Made by a program: the position numbers and the translations under genes
The notes under the pieces: model-generated
Databases searched by the model: none
What the model saw: only the letters and a program-made list of their open reading frames with translations
What the model was told of the DNA's origin: nothing
Source of the DNA: an uncultured Alphaproteobacteria bacterium
GTDB taxonomy: Bacteria > Pseudomonadota > Alphaproteobacteria > HIMB59 > GCA-002718135
NCBI GenBank assembly: GCA_902620285.1
Contig: CACNHT010000004.1
Location: 2,651 to 66,650, forward strand
Direction: 5' to 3'
DNA length: 64,000 nucleotides
Shown: in pieces, positions 36,035 through 46,879 of the stretch
How the letters are laid out: each line of letters opens with the position of its first letter
Numbering within the stretch: position 1 is the stretch's first letter

Positions 36035-37387
36035 ATGAATACAAAAGAATTAAAGTCAACAAAACTTTATAAGGAATACTCATTAGAAATCCCTTATGAA
36101 GAAATTGATATTGAAGTAGATAATAAAATAAATCAAATACTACCTACAGTTAATATTCCAGGTTTTCGAAAAGGTAAAGCGCCACTAAATATTGTTAAAA
36201 AAAAATATGAAGATAATGTCTTAAATGAAGTAATTCAAAAAGTAATAGATACAAATACAAAAAAATTAATTGATGAAAAAAAGTTTTCTCTTTTTAGAGC
36301 CCCTAAAGTAGAGCTTAGTAACTATGAAAAAAATAAGCCAATGATTATAAATTTAAAATTTGATTTAAAACCTGAAATTAAACTTAAAAATTTTAAGGAT
36401 CTTAAAATTAATAAGTATGAAATTCAATTAGGTAAAAAAGTAGAAGAAAATCAATTTAAGAGTTTTATTGACTCACAAAAAAATTTTAAAAAAATTGAAA
36501 CTTCGAGACAGATTAAAAATTCTGACAAGGTTATTGTCAATTTTGAATCCTCTCAAGAAGAACTTCCAGAATATTTAAAATCTCAAAAAAATTTTCCTAT
36601 TGATTTAAGTTTTGATGACGGAATACTACCAGGTTTAAATAAAGAATTGATAGAAAGAAAAGTAAAAGTTGGAGATAAAATTGAATTAAAAATCAACTTA
36701 TCTAAAATTCTTAAAGATGATAAATTTAAAAAAACTACTTTTCATTTTGAAATAATTTCGATTGAAGAAAAAATTAAATTTGAACTCACTAAAGAGTTTT
36801 TAGATAAAAATGGTTTCAAAACAGAAAAAGATCTTAAAGAGTTTCTAGTAAGCAATGTTAAAACTCAATATGAGCAAGGAATAAAACAAATAGAAAAAAA
36901 AGAATTGATGGATCTTTTAGATAATAATTATAAATTTGAATTACCTGATGGGGTATTAGAAGATGACTTTAATCAAATATGGAGTCGTTTAGAGCAAGCT
37001 AAAAAAGAAGGCAGTTTAGATGAGGATGATAAGCTATTAAAAGATGACGATCTTAAAAAAAGATATAAAAAAATTTCAGAAAGAAGAGTAAAACTTGGTC
37101 TATTAATGCAACATATAGCTACAGAAGAAAAAGTTGTGATTTCTGAAGAAGAAATTAACAAAGGTATATTAGAATATACTAGGCAATATCCTGGTCAAGA
37201 AAAACAGATTATGGAATATTTTGAAAAAAATCCATCATCATTGGATACGATTCGAGCACCTCTTATTGAGCAAAAAGTAATTGATTCAATTATTTCCAAA
37301 TCGAAAACAAATGTTATAAAATTAAGTGAAGATGATTATAAAAAACTTGAAGTTAAAACATTTGATATTAAAGATGCAAAAAAATGA
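36035..37387 (+). CDS. tig: Trigger factor
   Basis: 450 aa. Ribosome-binding signature GFRKGKAP and trigger-factor domain order. Conserved tig-clpP-clpX-lon context. Confidence 0.93.
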   Translation: MNTKELKSTKLYKEYSLEIPYEEIDIEVDNKINQILPTVNIPGFRKGKAPLNIVKKKYEDNVLNEVIQKVIDTNTKKLIDEKKFSLFRAPKVELSNYEKNKPMIINLKFDLKPEIKLKNFKDLKINKYEIQLGKKVEENQFKSFIDSQKNFKKIETSRQIKNSDKVIVNFESSQEELPEYLKSQKNFPIDLSFDDGILPGLNKELIERKVKVGDKIELKINLSKILKDDKFKKTTFHFEIISIEEKIKFELTKEFLDKNGFKTEKDLKEFLVSNVKTQYEQGIKQIEKKELMDLLDNNYKFELPDGVLEDDFNQIWSRLEQAKKEGSLDEDDKLLKDDDLKKRYKKISERRVKLGLLMQHIATEEKVVISEEEINKGILEYTRQYPGQEKQIMEYFEKNPSSLDTIRAPLIEQKVIDSIISKSKTNVIKLSEDDYKKLEVKTFDIKDAKK

Positions 37388-37995
37388 AAGATCCGGTAGA
37401 TAATATTACAAATAATCTTATCCCAATGGTTGTTGAGCAATCATCAAGAGGTGAAAGATCTTATGACATTTATTCAAGACTATTAAAAGAAAGAATAATT
37501 TTTTTAACTGGCCCTATAGACGATAATGTTGCAAGTCTAATCTGCGCTCAAATATTATTTCTAGAGTCTGAAAATCCAAAAAAAGAAATTTCTTTTTATA
37601 TTAATTCACCAGGTGGTATCGTTTGGTCTGGTTTGGCTATTTACGATACAATGCAATATGTTTCTTCTAAAATTATGACTATTTGTATTGGTCAAGCCGC
37701 CTCTGCTGGTTCGTTACTTTTGACTGCGGGAGAAAAAGGAATGAGATTTTCATTGCCTAATTCTCGAATTATGGTTCATCAACCAAGTGGAGGTTATCAA
37801 GGTCAAGTAACAGATATTGAAATACAAACTAATGAAATAAAGAGAGCAAAGTTAAAATTAAACGAAATTTATTCTAAACATACAGGAAAAAAAATATCAG
37901 AAATATCAAGTATCATGGAAAGAGATAAGTATTTCTCTGCGGATGAAGCAATTAAATTTGGTCTTATAGATAAAGTTGTAAAAGGTAGGAAATAA
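37384..37995 (+). CDS. clpP: ATP-dependent Clp protease proteolytic subunit
   Basis: 203 aa. [29 protein letters not shown] (catalytic Ser) and IMVHQP (His). Confidence 0.97.
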   Translation: MKDPVDNITNNLIPMVVEQSSRGERSYDIYSRLLKERIIFLTGPIDDNVASLICAQILFLESENPKKEISFYINSPGGIVWSGLAIYDTMQYVSSKIMTICIGQAASAGSLLLTAGEKGMRFSLPNSRIMVHQPSGGYQGQVTDIEIQTNEIKRAKLKLNEIYSKHTGKKISEISSIMERDKYFSADEAIKFGLIDKVVKGRK

Positions 37996-39260
37996 TGAAT
38001 AAAAAAAATGATAAAGATTCTTTGTTCTGTTCTTTTTGCGGCAAAAACCAAAAAGAAGTTAAAAAGTTAATAGCAGGCCCGACCGTTTTTGTTTGTGATG
38101 AATGTGTCGAGTTATGCATGGATATAATTAAGGAAGATAATAAAAATAATAAATTTAAAATTAAAAAAGATATACCTAAGCCCTCTGAGATAAATAAATT
38201 CTTAAATGATTATGTGATAGGTCAAAAGGACTCAAAAAAGATTCTTTCAGTAGCTGTTTACAATCACTATAAAAGATTATCTTCTAATCTTGAAAATGAT
38301 AATATTGAAATTTCAAAGTCTAATATACTTTTAGTTGGCCCTACAGGTACAGGTAAAACTTTATTAGCTCAGACTTTAGCAAAAATATTAGATGTTCCCT
38401 TTACAGTTGCTGACGCAACTAGTTTAACCGAAGCAGGATATGTTGGGGAAGATGTAGAAAACATAATTCTTAAACTTTTACAGGCTTCTGATTACAATGT
38501 TGAGCGTGCACAAAAGGGGATAGTCTATATTGACGAAATTGATAAAATAGGAAGAAAAAGTGACAATCCGTCTATAACAAGAGATGTATCTGGTGAAGGT
38601 GTTCAACAAGCCTTGCTTAAAATAATGGAAGGAACAATAGCTAGTGTTCCACCACAAGGAGGCAGAAAACATCCTCAGCAAGAATTTTTACAAGTTGATA
38701 CCTCTAATATACTTTTTATTTGTGGAGGAGCTTTTTCAGGTTTAGAAGAAATAATAAATTATCGTTTGAAAGGTACAGCTATAGGTTTTAATTCTAAATT
38801 AGATTTAGAACCAAAAAAGACTACAGGTGAAGTACTAAAAAAATTAGAGAATCAAGATTTATTAAAATTTGGAATGATACCAGAATTTATCGGCAGATTA
38901 CCAGTAATCACTACTTTGAGAGAATTAGATGAAGATATGCTAATTCGAATAATGACACAGCCAAAAAATGCTATTGTAAAGCAATTTGAATCTCTTATGA
39001 AAATGGATGGTGTTAAACTAGAAATAAAAGAAGATGCGTTGAAAGAAATTGCAAAATTAGCAGTTTCGCAAAATACTGGGGCCAGAGGACTAAGATCTAT
39101 AATAGAAGACTCACTGATGGATCTTATGTATAAAGTCCCGGATCAAAAAGATTTATATAAAGTTGTTATAAATAAAGATGTAATTGCAAAAAAAACTGAT
39201 CCGATTTTAATTTATTCAAATAAAGAAAATAGTCAAAAATTAATGACTAATAACTCTTGA
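37995..39260 (+). CDS. clpX: ATP-dependent Clp protease ATP-binding subunit ClpX
   Basis: 421 aa. Zinc ribbon CSFCGK...CDECV, Walker A GPTGTGKT, Walker B VYIDEIDK and the ClpP-docking loop (AIGF). Confidence 0.97.
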   Translation: MNKKNDKDSLFCSFCGKNQKEVKKLIAGPTVFVCDECVELCMDIIKEDNKNNKFKIKKDIPKPSEINKFLNDYVIGQKDSKKILSVAVYNHYKRLSSNLENDNIEISKSNILLVGPTGTGKTLLAQTLAKILDVPFTVADATSLTEAGYVGEDVENIILKLLQASDYNVERAQKGIVYIDEIDKIGRKSDNPSITRDVSGEGVQQALLKIMEGTIASVPPQGGRKHPQQEFLQVDTSNILFICGGAFSGLEEIINYRLKGTAIGFNSKLDLEPKKTTGEVLKKLENQDLLKFGMIPEFIGRLPVITTLRELDEDMLIRIMTQPKNAIVKQFESLMKMDGVKLEIKEDALKEIAKLAVSQNTGARGLRSIIEDSLMDLMYKVPDQKDLYKVVINKDVIAKKTDPILIYSNKENSQKLMTNNS

Positions 39261-39290
39261 ATTTAATCAATATATAGACATTTATAAATT

Positions 39291-41657
39291 ATGTTAAAAA
39301 ATCAAATCCCTGTTCTTCCACTTAGAGATATAGTAGTTTTTCCCAACATGGTTGCACCTCTATTCGTGGGAAGAGAGCAGTCAGTAAATGCTCTTAATTA
39401 TGTAATGACAGGTGATAAGAAAATTTTTTTACTTTCTCAAAAGAACTCAAAAATTGATAATCCTAATAAGGAAAACCTTTATTCTTTCGGAACTATTGCC
39501 AAAATTATCCAGTTACTAAAACTTCCAGATGGAACCCTTAAAGTCTTAGTGGAAGGTATTCAAAGAGCAAAAGTCAATAAAATAAATTTTGATAAAGAAT
39601 TTATTACTGCATCAATTACTGAAATTAATCAAAAAAATAAAAAGAATTCAAATATAAAAGCTTTACAGAAACTTATTATTGAGCAGTTTATTGAGTTTCA
39701 AAAAATTAATAAAAAAGTTTCTCTTGATGTAATAAACAATGTCAAAACGTTTAATGATCCAGATAAAATTGTTGATGTAATAGTATCTAACATTTCAATT
39801 GCTTTATCTCAAAAACAAGAGATTTTAGAAATAACAAATACAGAAGATAGGCTTAATAAAGTCTATGGTTATTTAGTATCTGAAATTGATTCTTTTCAAG
39901 TTGAAAAAAAAATAAAGGGTCGCGTAAAAAGACAAATGGAGAAAACACAGAAAGAATATTATTTGAATGAACAAATGAAAGCTATCCAAAAGGAGTTAGG
40001 AGAAAACGAAGATTTAGATGAAATTACTGAACTAGAAAAAAAAGTAAACCAATATAATTTATCTAAAGAAGCTAAAGATAAATGCTCTGCTGAAATTAAA
40101 AAATTAAAAAATATGAGTCCTATGTCAGCTGAGGCAACTGTAATTAGAAACTATTTAGACTGGGTAATGTCAATACCATGGAATAATCCTGAACAGATTT
40201 CTCAAAATATCAATAAAGCATCAAAAATACTAGAGAATGATCATTACGGATTAGAAAAGGTTAAAGAAAGAATTCTTGAATATTTAGCTGTTCAAAAAAG
40301 AACTAATAAACTTAAAGGTCCTATATTGTGTTTGGTTGGGCCACCTGGTGTCGGAAAAACTTCTCTTGGTAAATCCATTGCAAATTCAACAGGAAGAAGT
40401 TTTGTTAGAATGTCCTTAGGAGGAGTAAGGGATGAAGCTGAAATTAGAGGTCATAGAAAAACATATATTGGTTCAATGCCTGGAAGATTTATTCAAGCAA
40501 TGAAAAAATCAAAATCTTCTAACCCTCTGATATTACTGGATGAAATTGACAAACTGGGTTCTGACTGGAGGGGGGATCCATCTTCAGCACTTCTAGAGGT
40601 TCTTGATCCTGAACAAAATAGTAAGTTCAATGACCATTATTTAGAACTAGACTATGATCTTTCTGATGTTATGTTCGTATGTACTGCCAATACGCTTAAT
40701 ATACCTCCAGCGCTGCTTGATAGAATGGAGGTTATCAGAATTCCTGGATACACAGAAAAAGAAAAAAATCAAATTGCAAAAAGATACTTAGTACCTAAAC
40801 AAATCAAAAATCATGGAATTAAAAAAACTGAAATTTCATTTAATTCTTCAGTTTTAAACTCTATTATTAGAAATTATACTAGAGAGGCTGGAGTAAGAAA
40901 TCTTGAAAAAGAAATTTCTAAAGTTTGCAGAAAGACTGTAAAAAAACTAGAAACTACTAAACTTAAAAAAATTAAATTAAATGATAAATCTTTACAAGAT
41001 CTTCTTGGTATTGCAAAATTTAGATCAAGTGAGATTGAAAAAAAGAATTTGGTAGGAGTTACCAATGGTTTAGCTTGGACAGAAGTAGGTGGAGAAATTT
41101 TATCAGTTGAAGTTATATTATCTATAGGTAAAGGAAAACTCACTATCACAGGTAAATTAGGTGAAGTAATGAGAGAATCAATTCAAGCAGCTACTTCATA
41201 TGTAAAATCAAAATCTGTGAGTCTAGGAATAAATCCTAAAGATTTTGAAAACTATGATATCCATATTCATGTTCCTGAAGGAGCCACACCTAAAGATGGA
41301 CCAAGTGCAGGGATAGCAATTTTTAACTCATTAGTATCCTCATTGACAAACAATAAGATTAGAAGAGATGTCGCGATGACAGGTGAAATTACCCTCAGGG
41401 GTCGAGTACTTCCTATTGGTGGTTTGAAAGAAAAAATTTATGCTGCCAGTAGAGCCGGTATAAAAAAAGTTCTTATACCTCAGGAAAATTTTAGAGAAGT
41501 ATCTGAATTTGACAAAGAAGTTATTAAAGGTATTAAGATAATTCCTGTATCCGATGCATTCTCAATTCTTGAGCACACTCTCACTAAATCAGTAATTCCA
41601 TTAAATTTAACCGAATCACAATTAAAGAATAACCAAAACACCACTAGTACGCACTAA
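39291..41657 (+). CDS. lon: Lon protease (LonA)
   Basis: 788 aa. N-terminal LON domain (IPVLPLRDIVVFP), Walker A GPPGVGKTS and the protease Ser motif PKDGPSAG. Confidence 0.97.
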   Translation: MLKNQIPVLPLRDIVVFPNMVAPLFVGREQSVNALNYVMTGDKKIFLLSQKNSKIDNPNKENLYSFGTIAKIIQLLKLPDGTLKVLVEGIQRAKVNKINFDKEFITASITEINQKNKKNSNIKALQKLIIEQFIEFQKINKKVSLDVINNVKTFNDPDKIVDVIVSNISIALSQKQEILEITNTEDRLNKVYGYLVSEIDSFQVEKKIKGRVKRQMEKTQKEYYLNEQMKAIQKELGENEDLDEITELEKKVNQYNLSKEAKDKCSAEIKKLKNMSPMSAEATVIRNYLDWVMSIPWNNPEQISQNINKASKILENDHYGLEKVKERILEYLAVQKRTNKLKGPILCLVGPPGVGKTSLGKSIANSTGRSFVRMSLGGVRDEAEIRGHRKTYIGSMPGRFIQAMKKSKSSNPLILLDEIDKLGSDWRGDPSSALLEVLDPEQNSKFNDHYLELDYDLSDVMFVCTANTLNIPPALLDRMEVIRIPGYTEKEKNQIAKRYLVPKQIKNHGIKKTEISFNSSVLNSIIRNYTREAGVRNLEKEISKVCRKTVKKLETTKLKKIKLNDKSLQDLLGIAKFRSSEIEKKNLVGVTNGLAWTEVGGEILSVEVILSIGKGKLTITGKLGEVMRESIQAATSYVKSKSVSLGINPKDFENYDIHIHVPEGATPKDGPSAGIAIFNSLVSSLTNNKIRRDVAMTGEITLRGRVLPIGGLKEKIYAASRAGIKKVLIPQENFREVSEFDKEVIKGIKIIPVSDAFSILEHTLTKSVIPLNLTESQLKNNQNTTSTH

Positions 41658-41793
41658 TATTGATTTATAAATAATCTATATTTTAAGCCATTTAATTGAT
41701 AAATTCCCTTATTTCTGCGAAAATTTTTATAATAATGTTGACTTGTTGGGAAAACAAACAATTATCAATAAAAATAAATAAAGGAGATTAAAA

Positions 41794-42069
41794 GTGAACA
41801 AAAATGATCTTATCGCATCTGTAGCTTCTTCCGCTGGACTATCAAAATCTGATGCAACTAGGGCAATTGAAAGTTTCCTAGATTCAATAACTAATGCTTT
41901 AAAAAGAGATGAAAAAGTTAGTATTGTTGGTTTTGGTAACTTTAGTGTGAGCCATAGAAAAGCAACGACTGGTAGAAACCCGAGAACAGGTGAATCAATT
42001 CAAATACCAGCATCTAAAAGACCTAAATTTACTGTAGGAAAAGCTTTAAAAGACTCAGTAAACAATTAA
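41794..42069 (+). CDS. hupB: Nucleoid-associated protein HU
   Basis: 91 aa, GTG start with AAGGAG RBS. MNKNDLI..., GFGNFSV..R.ATTGRNPRTGESIQIPA...PKF..GKALKD. Confidence 0.95.
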   Translation: MNKNDLIASVASSAGLSKSDATRAIESFLDSITNALKRDEKVSIVGFGNFSVSHRKATTGRNPRTGESIQIPASKRPKFTVGKALKDSVNN

Positions 42070-42088
42070 TTATCTTTTTTTCTTGCAC

Positions 42089-42123
42089 CGGCTGTTAAAT
42101 AAATTTAACAGCCGCTTTTATTT
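42089..42123 (+). terminator. Stem-loop with U-tract after hupB, directly abutting tRNA-Val
   Basis: CGGCTGTTAAA (42089-42099) pairs with TTTAACAGCCG (42104-42114), followed by CTTTTATTT. tRNA-Val starts at 42124. Confidence 0.65.
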
Positions 42124-42199
42124 GGGTGTTTAGCTCAGTTGGTAGAGCATCTCGTTTACACCGAGAGGGTCGGGAGTTCAAGTCTCTCAACACCCACCA
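42124..42199 (+). tRNA. tRNA-Val (anticodon TAC)
   Basis: 76 nt. Acceptor GGGTGTT/AACACCC, anticodon stem TCTCG/CGAGA with loop TTTACAC, T arm GGGAG-TTCAAGT-CTCTC, encoded CCA. Confidence 0.93.
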
Positions 42200-42202
42200 T
42201 GC

Positions 42203-42279
42203 GCGGGAGTAGTTCAGCTGGTTAGAACGCTGCCCTGTCACGGCAGAGGCCGCGGGTTCGAATCCCGTCTCTCGCGCCA
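42203..42279 (+). tRNA. tRNA-Asp (anticodon GTC)
   Basis: 77 nt. Acceptor GCGGGAG/CTCTCGC (one G-U pair), anticodon stem CTGCC/GGCAG with loop CTGTCAC, T arm GCGGG-TTCGAAT-CCCGT, discriminator G, encoded CCA. Only 3 nt after tRNA-Val. Confidence 0.93.
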
Positions 42280-42377
42280 TTTATTTCAGTGTTTTTGTGT
42301 ACTAAAGTCGCAACGAGACACGTTGTTATTGTTGAATAAATCGTTAAATACATTACTAATTTATTTGTGAGATTATA

Positions 42378-42743
42378 GTGTCAGAGTTTCTATTTGAATA
42401 TTTACCCATATTAATTTTTATTTTCATAGCTTTGGCATTGGCTGTTGGAATGACTTTATTATCTTTTGTAGTTGGAGACTCTCAACCAGACCAAGAAAAA
42501 TTATCTGCTTATGAGTGTGGGTTTGAAGCTTTTGACGATGCTCGTGGAAGATTTGATGTGAGATTTTATTTAGTAGCAATCTTATTTATTATCTTTGATT
42601 TAGAAGTTGCCTTCTTGTTTCCATGGGCGATAACACTTGGTAAAATTGGATTGTTCGGTTTTTGGTCAATGATGATTTTCCTGACTGTTTTAACTATTGG
42701 TTTTATTTATGAATGGAAAAAAGGAGCTTTAGAATGGGAGTAG
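42378..42743 (+). CDS. nuoA: NADH-quinone oxidoreductase subunit A
   Basis: 121 aa, GTG start, 3 TM segments, YECGF motif. First gene of a 14-gene nuo cluster. Confidence 0.93.
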   Translation: MSEFLFEYLPILIFIFIALALAVGMTLLSFVVGDSQPDQEKLSAYECGFEAFDDARGRFDVRFYLVAILFIIFDLEVAFLFPWAITLGKIGLFGFWSMMIFLTVLTIGFIYEWKKGALEWE

Positions 42744-43246
42744 ATGAAGCAAAAAAAATAGTTGATGATACTCTAAACACAGAATTATCGTCTAAGGGTT
42801 TTTTAGTCGCTAGCTACGATAAAATTCTTACTTGGGCTAGAACTGGTTCGTTATGGCCAATGACATTCGGATTGGCATGTTGTGGTGTAGAGATGATACA
42901 TTCTTATATGGCAAGATATGATCTAGATCGTTATGGAGTTATACCAAGAGGTAGTCCTAGACAATCTGATGTAATGATTGTTGCTGGCACATTAACAAAT
43001 AAAATGGCACCGGCTTTAAGAAAAGTTTATGATCAAATGCCAGAACCTCGTTGGGTAATATCAATGGGTTCGTGCGCAAATGGTGGTGGATATTATCACT
43101 ACTCGTATTCAGTAGTTAGAGGGTGTGATAGGATAGTTCCCGTTGATGTTTACGTACCAGGATGCCCACCAACAGCAGAAGCTTTAGTTTATGGAATATT
43201 GCAATTACAAAAAAAAATTAAAAGAGAAAATAAATTTAAAAGATAA
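42734..43246 (+). CDS. nuoB: NADH-quinone oxidoreductase subunit B
   Basis: The ORF opens at 42713, but AAGGAG (42719-42724) plus ATG 42734 gives MGVDEAKK... N2 cluster ligands [20 protein letters not shown] and PGCPP. Confidence 0.93.
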   Translation: MGVDEAKKIVDDTLNTELSSKGFLVASYDKILTWARTGSLWPMTFGLACCGVEMIHSYMARYDLDRYGVIPRGSPRQSDVMIVAGTLTNKMAPALRKVYDQMPEPRWVISMGSCANGGGYYHYSYSVVRGCDRIVPVDVYVPGCPPTAEALVYGILQLQKKIKRENKFKR

Positions 43247-43252
43247 TTTTAT

Positions 43253-43834
43253 ATGATTAAAATTCTTAATAAGATAGATGGCACAAATAATGTTTTGGAA
43301 AATAATAATTTGTTAGAAATGCAATTTGAAAAAAATAAAATTATAAAAATTTTTAATGAATTAAAAGACAACACTGAGCTTAATTTTAATCAACTATTAG
43401 ATATTACAGCTGTTGATTATCCTTCAAGAGAATTAAGATTTGATATGATTTATATTTTGCAAAGTTTAACAAAAAATAAAAAAATTATTCTTAAAACTTT
43501 TATTAAAGAAAACGAAAACATAGAATCAATAACCAATATTCACAAATCTGCAGATTGGTATGAAAGAGAATGTTATGATTTATTTGGAATTGAATTCATC
43601 AACCATCCTGATTTAAGAAGAATAATGACGGATTACAATTTTGAAGGTTATCCATTGCGCAAAGATTTTCCTTTAACAGGACATACAGAAGTTCGCTATG
43701 ATGACCTTGAAAAAAAAGTAATATATGAGCCTGTTAAGTTAAGCCAAGAGTTTAGAAATTTCGATAGCGAATCTCCTTGGGAAGGAATGGAAAATAAACT
43801 TTTTGGTGATGAGAAATCTAATGGTAAAAATTAA
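43253..43834 (+). CDS. nuoC: NADH-quinone oxidoreductase subunit C
   Basis: 193 aa. 30-kDa subunit block WYERECYDLFGIEFINHPDLRRI. Confidence 0.93.
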   Translation: MIKILNKIDGTNNVLENNNLLEMQFEKNKIIKIFNELKDNTELNFNQLLDITAVDYPSRELRFDMIYILQSLTKNKKIILKTFIKENENIESITNIHKSADWYERECYDLFGIEFINHPDLRRIMTDYNFEGYPLRKDFPLTGHTEVRYDDLEKKVIYEPVKLSQEFRNFDSESPWEGMENKLFGDEKSNGKN

Positions 43835-45013
43835 ATGAAAGAAGTAGAGCTTAATACAACTACAATCAACTTTGGCCCTCAACATCCAGCTGCGCATGGT
43901 GTTTTACGTTTAGTAGTTGAGCTGGAAGGTGAAGTAGTTCAAAGAGCAGAACCACACATTGGATTGTTACATAGGGGAACAGAAAAATTAATTGAATATA
44001 AAACATATCTTCAGGCAGTTCCTTATTTTGATAGACTTGATTATGTTTCGCCAATGTGTCAAGAACATGCTTTTGCATTAGCAACTGAAAATCTCCTAGG
44101 TATTAGTGTCCCTGAAAGAGCTAAATATATTCGTGTTATTTTTGCTGAAATTACTAGAATACTAAATCATTTATTAAATATACCTGCCTATGCTGCTGAC
44201 ATTGGTGCAGTTACACCATTTTTATGGTGTTTCGAAGAAAGAGAAAAGCTATTAGAATTTCATGAAGCCGTATCTGGGGCAAGATTTCATGCAGCTTATT
44301 TTAGACCTGGTGGCGTTCATCAGGATATGCCAGAAGGAATGGAAGAAAAATTATTTGAGCATTTTAAAAGTTTTCCAAAATTTATTGATGATCTTGAAAG
44401 CTTGCTGACTAATAACAGAATATTAAGACAAAGATCAGTTGATATTGGAATAATTTCAAAGTCGGAAGCAATTGAATGGGGGTGTTCGGGTCCTGTATTA
44501 AGAAGTACAGGTGTAGCATGGGATTTAAGAAGATCTCAACCTTATGATGCCTATGATCAAGTTGATTTTGAAGTTCCTGTTGGAAAAAAAGGCGATTGTT
44601 TTGATCGATATTTGGTTCGCATAGAAGAAATGAGACAAAGCATTATTATTATTAACCAATGTTTAAATAAAATAAAACCAGGTCCAATTTCAATTGAGGA
44701 TAATAAAATAACCCCTCCTAAAAGAAATCAAATGAAAAAATCAATGGAAGCTTTAATTCATCATTTTAAACTTTTTACTGAAGGTTATCGTGTTCCAGCT
44801 GGTCAAGTTTATAGTGCAGTAGAAGCTCCAAAAGGTGAATTTGGTGTTTACCTTGTTTCTGACGGATCAAGTAAACCATATAGATGTAAAATTAGAGCTC
44901 CAGGTTTTGCACATCTTCAAACATTGGATCATTTATCTAAAGGTCACTTAATGGCTGACATAGCCGCTATACTAGGTAGCTTGGACATCGTTTTTGGAGA
45001 GATAGATAGATAA
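43835..45013 (+). CDS. nuoD: NADH-quinone oxidoreductase subunit D
   Basis: 392 aa. [22 protein letters not shown] and a C-terminal DIVFGEIDR. Confidence 0.97.
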   Translation: MKEVELNTTTINFGPQHPAAHGVLRLVVELEGEVVQRAEPHIGLLHRGTEKLIEYKTYLQAVPYFDRLDYVSPMCQEHAFALATENLLGISVPERAKYIRVIFAEITRILNHLLNIPAYAADIGAVTPFLWCFEEREKLLEFHEAVSGARFHAAYFRPGGVHQDMPEGMEEKLFEHFKSFPKFIDDLESLLTNNRILRQRSVDIGIISKSEAIEWGCSGPVLRSTGVAWDLRRSQPYDAYDQVDFEVPVGKKGDCFDRYLVRIEEMRQSIIIINQCLNKIKPGPISIEDNKITPPKRNQMKKSMEALIHHFKLFTEGYRVPAGQVYSAVEAPKGEFGVYLVSDGSSKPYRCKIRAPGFAHLQTLDHLSKGHLMADIAAILGSLDIVFGEIDR

Positions 45014-45612
45014 TGCATCATCCTGGTACAAATAATAAAGTATATAAAAAAATTAATGATAATTTTGAATGGTCATCAGAAAATTTTAAAAAAATTTCTG
45101 AAATTATAAAAAAATATCCATCAAACCGTATTCAAAGCGCAGTTATTCCTTTACTTGATTTAGCACAAAGACAAAATAATGGATGGTTAAGTAAAAACTC
45201 AATGGAAAAAGTAGCTGAAACTCTAAGTATGTCTTATATAAGAGTGTTGGAAGTTGCCACTTTTTATTCGATGTTTAATTTAGAACCTATTGGTAAAAAT
45301 TTTGTCCAAATTTGTAGAACGACACCTTGTTGGTTAAGAGGTAGTGATAAACTTTCTAAAGTTGCACAAGAAGTATGCGAAACTAATATTGGTGAGACAA
45401 GTAATGATGAAATATTTACAGTTGTTGAAGTTGAATGCTTAGGTGCATGTTGTAATGCTCCTATGGTTCAGATCAATGATGATTATTATGAAGATTTAGA
45501 TGAAGAGAGTTTTAAAAAAATACTTCGAGATTTAAAAGATAATAAATCAATAAAAGTAGGTTCACAAATTGGTAGAAAATCATCACAACCTGAAAGAAAA
45601 TTTGATGCTTAA
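45013..45612 (+). CDS. nuoE: NADH-quinone oxidoreductase subunit E
   Basis: 199 aa. The [2Fe-2S] ligands are in [11 protein letters not shown] and [12 protein letters not shown]. Confidence 0.95.
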   Translation: MHHPGTNNKVYKKINDNFEWSSENFKKISEIIKKYPSNRIQSAVIPLLDLAQRQNNGWLSKNSMEKVAETLSMSYIRVLEVATFYSMFNLEPIGKNFVQICRTTPCWLRGSDKLSKVAQEVCETNIGETSNDEIFTVVEVECLGACCNAPMVQINDDYYEDLDEESFKKILRDLKDNKSIKVGSQIGRKSSQPERKFDA

Positions 45613-46879
45613 GGAAAAAGATAAAATTTTTAAAAATTTATATGGTTTTGAAGACTGGAAATTAGAAGGTGCCAAAAAAAGAGGTATTTGGTCAAATACT
45701 AAAGAACTTATTAAAATGGGTAGTGATAAAATTGTTGAGGAAATTAAAAATAGTCAATTAAGAGGAAGGGGAGGAGCAGGTTTCCCTGCGGGACTTAAGT
45801 GGTCATTTATGCCAAAAGACTCTGGAAAAGATCATTACCTAGTTGTTAATGCAGATGAGTCAGAGCCAGGCACATGTAAAGATCGAGAGATTATGAGAAA
45901 CGACCCACATCTTCTTTTAGAAGGTTGTTTAGTTGCTGCCTTTGCAATGCATGCACATACTTGTTATATTTATATAAGGGGTGAATATTATTCTGAATCT
46001 TCTAATTTACAAAAAGCAATAGATGAAGCTTACGCAAATAATTTAATTGGTAAAAATGCATGTGGAACAGGGTGGGATTTTGATATTTATCTTCACAGAG
46101 GAGCAGGAGCATATATTTGTGGTGAAGAAACTGCTTTACTTGAAAGTTTAGAGGGTAAAAAAGGTCAGCCCCGATTAAAGCCTCCATTTCCTGCTGGTGC
46201 AGGTTTATATGGATGTCCTACAACAGTTACAAATGTTGAAACAATCGCTGTCTCGCCAACTATTTTAAGACGTGGTTCAAAATGGTTTGCTAACTTAGGT
46301 AGTGCAAATAATACAGGTACAAAAATTTTTAGTATCTCTGGACACGTAAATAATCCATGTAATGTAGAAGAAGAGATGGGCATACCACTGAAAGATCTCA
46401 TTGAAAAACATGCAGGTGGGGTAATTGGTGGTTGGGAAAATCTATTAGCTGTAATTCCTGGAGGCGCAAGTGTGCCTTTATTACCTAAGTCTATTTGTGA
46501 TACTGTTAAAATGGATTTTGATAGTCTAAAAGAAGTGCAAAGTGGATTAGGCACTGCGGCTGTTATTGTAATGAATAAATCAACAGATATTGTTGAGGCA
46601 ATAGCCAGATTATCACATTTTTATAAGCATGAAAGTTGTGGTCAATGTACACCTTGCAGAGAAGGTACTGGATGGATGTACAGAATGATGGAAAAAATGA
46701 TTCATGGAAATGTTAAACATAAAGATATTGATAAAATTTTAGATGTAACAAAGCAAATTGAAGGTCATACTATTTGCGCCTTAGGTGATGCTGCTGCTTG
46801 GCCTATTCAAGGTTTGTTTAGACATTTTAGACATGAAATTGAAAAAAGAATTGAAGAAAGAAACAGAAGAGTAGCCTAG
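45605..46879 (+). CDS. nuoF: NADH-quinone oxidoreductase subunit F
   Basis: The ORF opens at 45569, but ATG 45605 (8-nt overlap with the nuoE stop) gives the canonical [15 protein letters not shown]-terminus. FMN/NADH site [13 protein letters not shown] and 4Fe-4S motif [12 protein letters not shown]. Confidence 0.95.
   Translation: MLKEKDKIFKNLYGFEDWKLEGAKKRGIWSNTKELIKMGSDKIVEEIKNSQLRGRGGAGFPAGLKWSFMPKDSGKDHYLVVNADESEPGTCKDREIMRNDPHLLLEGCLVAAFAMHAHTCYIYIRGEYYSESSNLQKAIDEAYANNLIGKNACGTGWDFDIYLHRGAGAYICGEETALLESLEGKKGQPRLKPPFPAGAGLYGCPTTVTNVETIAVSPTILRRGSKWFANLGSANNTGTKIFSISGHVNNPCNVEEEMGIPLKDLIEKHAGGVIGGWENLLAVIPGGASVPLLPKSICDTVKMDFDSLKEVQSGLGTAAVIVMNKSTDIVEAIARLSHFYKHESCGQCTPCREGTGWMYRMMEKMIHGNVKHKDIDKILDVTKQIEGHTICALGDAAAWPIQGLFRHFRHEIEKRIEERNRRVA

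Noticed and set aside
41727-41766. Sigma-70-like hexamers upstream of hupB (TTGACT at 41738-41743; TATAAT at 41728-41733)
   Set aside because: The two good hexamers are in the wrong order and spacing to form one promoter. The alternative partners are poor, so I cannot place the promoter from sequence alone.
42095-42280. 61-aa ORF on the minus strand
   Set aside because: It lies entirely antisense to tRNA-Val and tRNA-Asp. It stays open only because of the GC-rich tRNA sequence, so it is not a gene.
46165-46554. 129-aa ORF antisense to nuoF (also 46002-46187 and 46781-47047)
   Set aside because: It sits inside the most conserved part of nuoF, has no RBS and a low-complexity Pro/Ser/Thr-rich translation. 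This is a typical shadow ORF of a strongly constrained gene.
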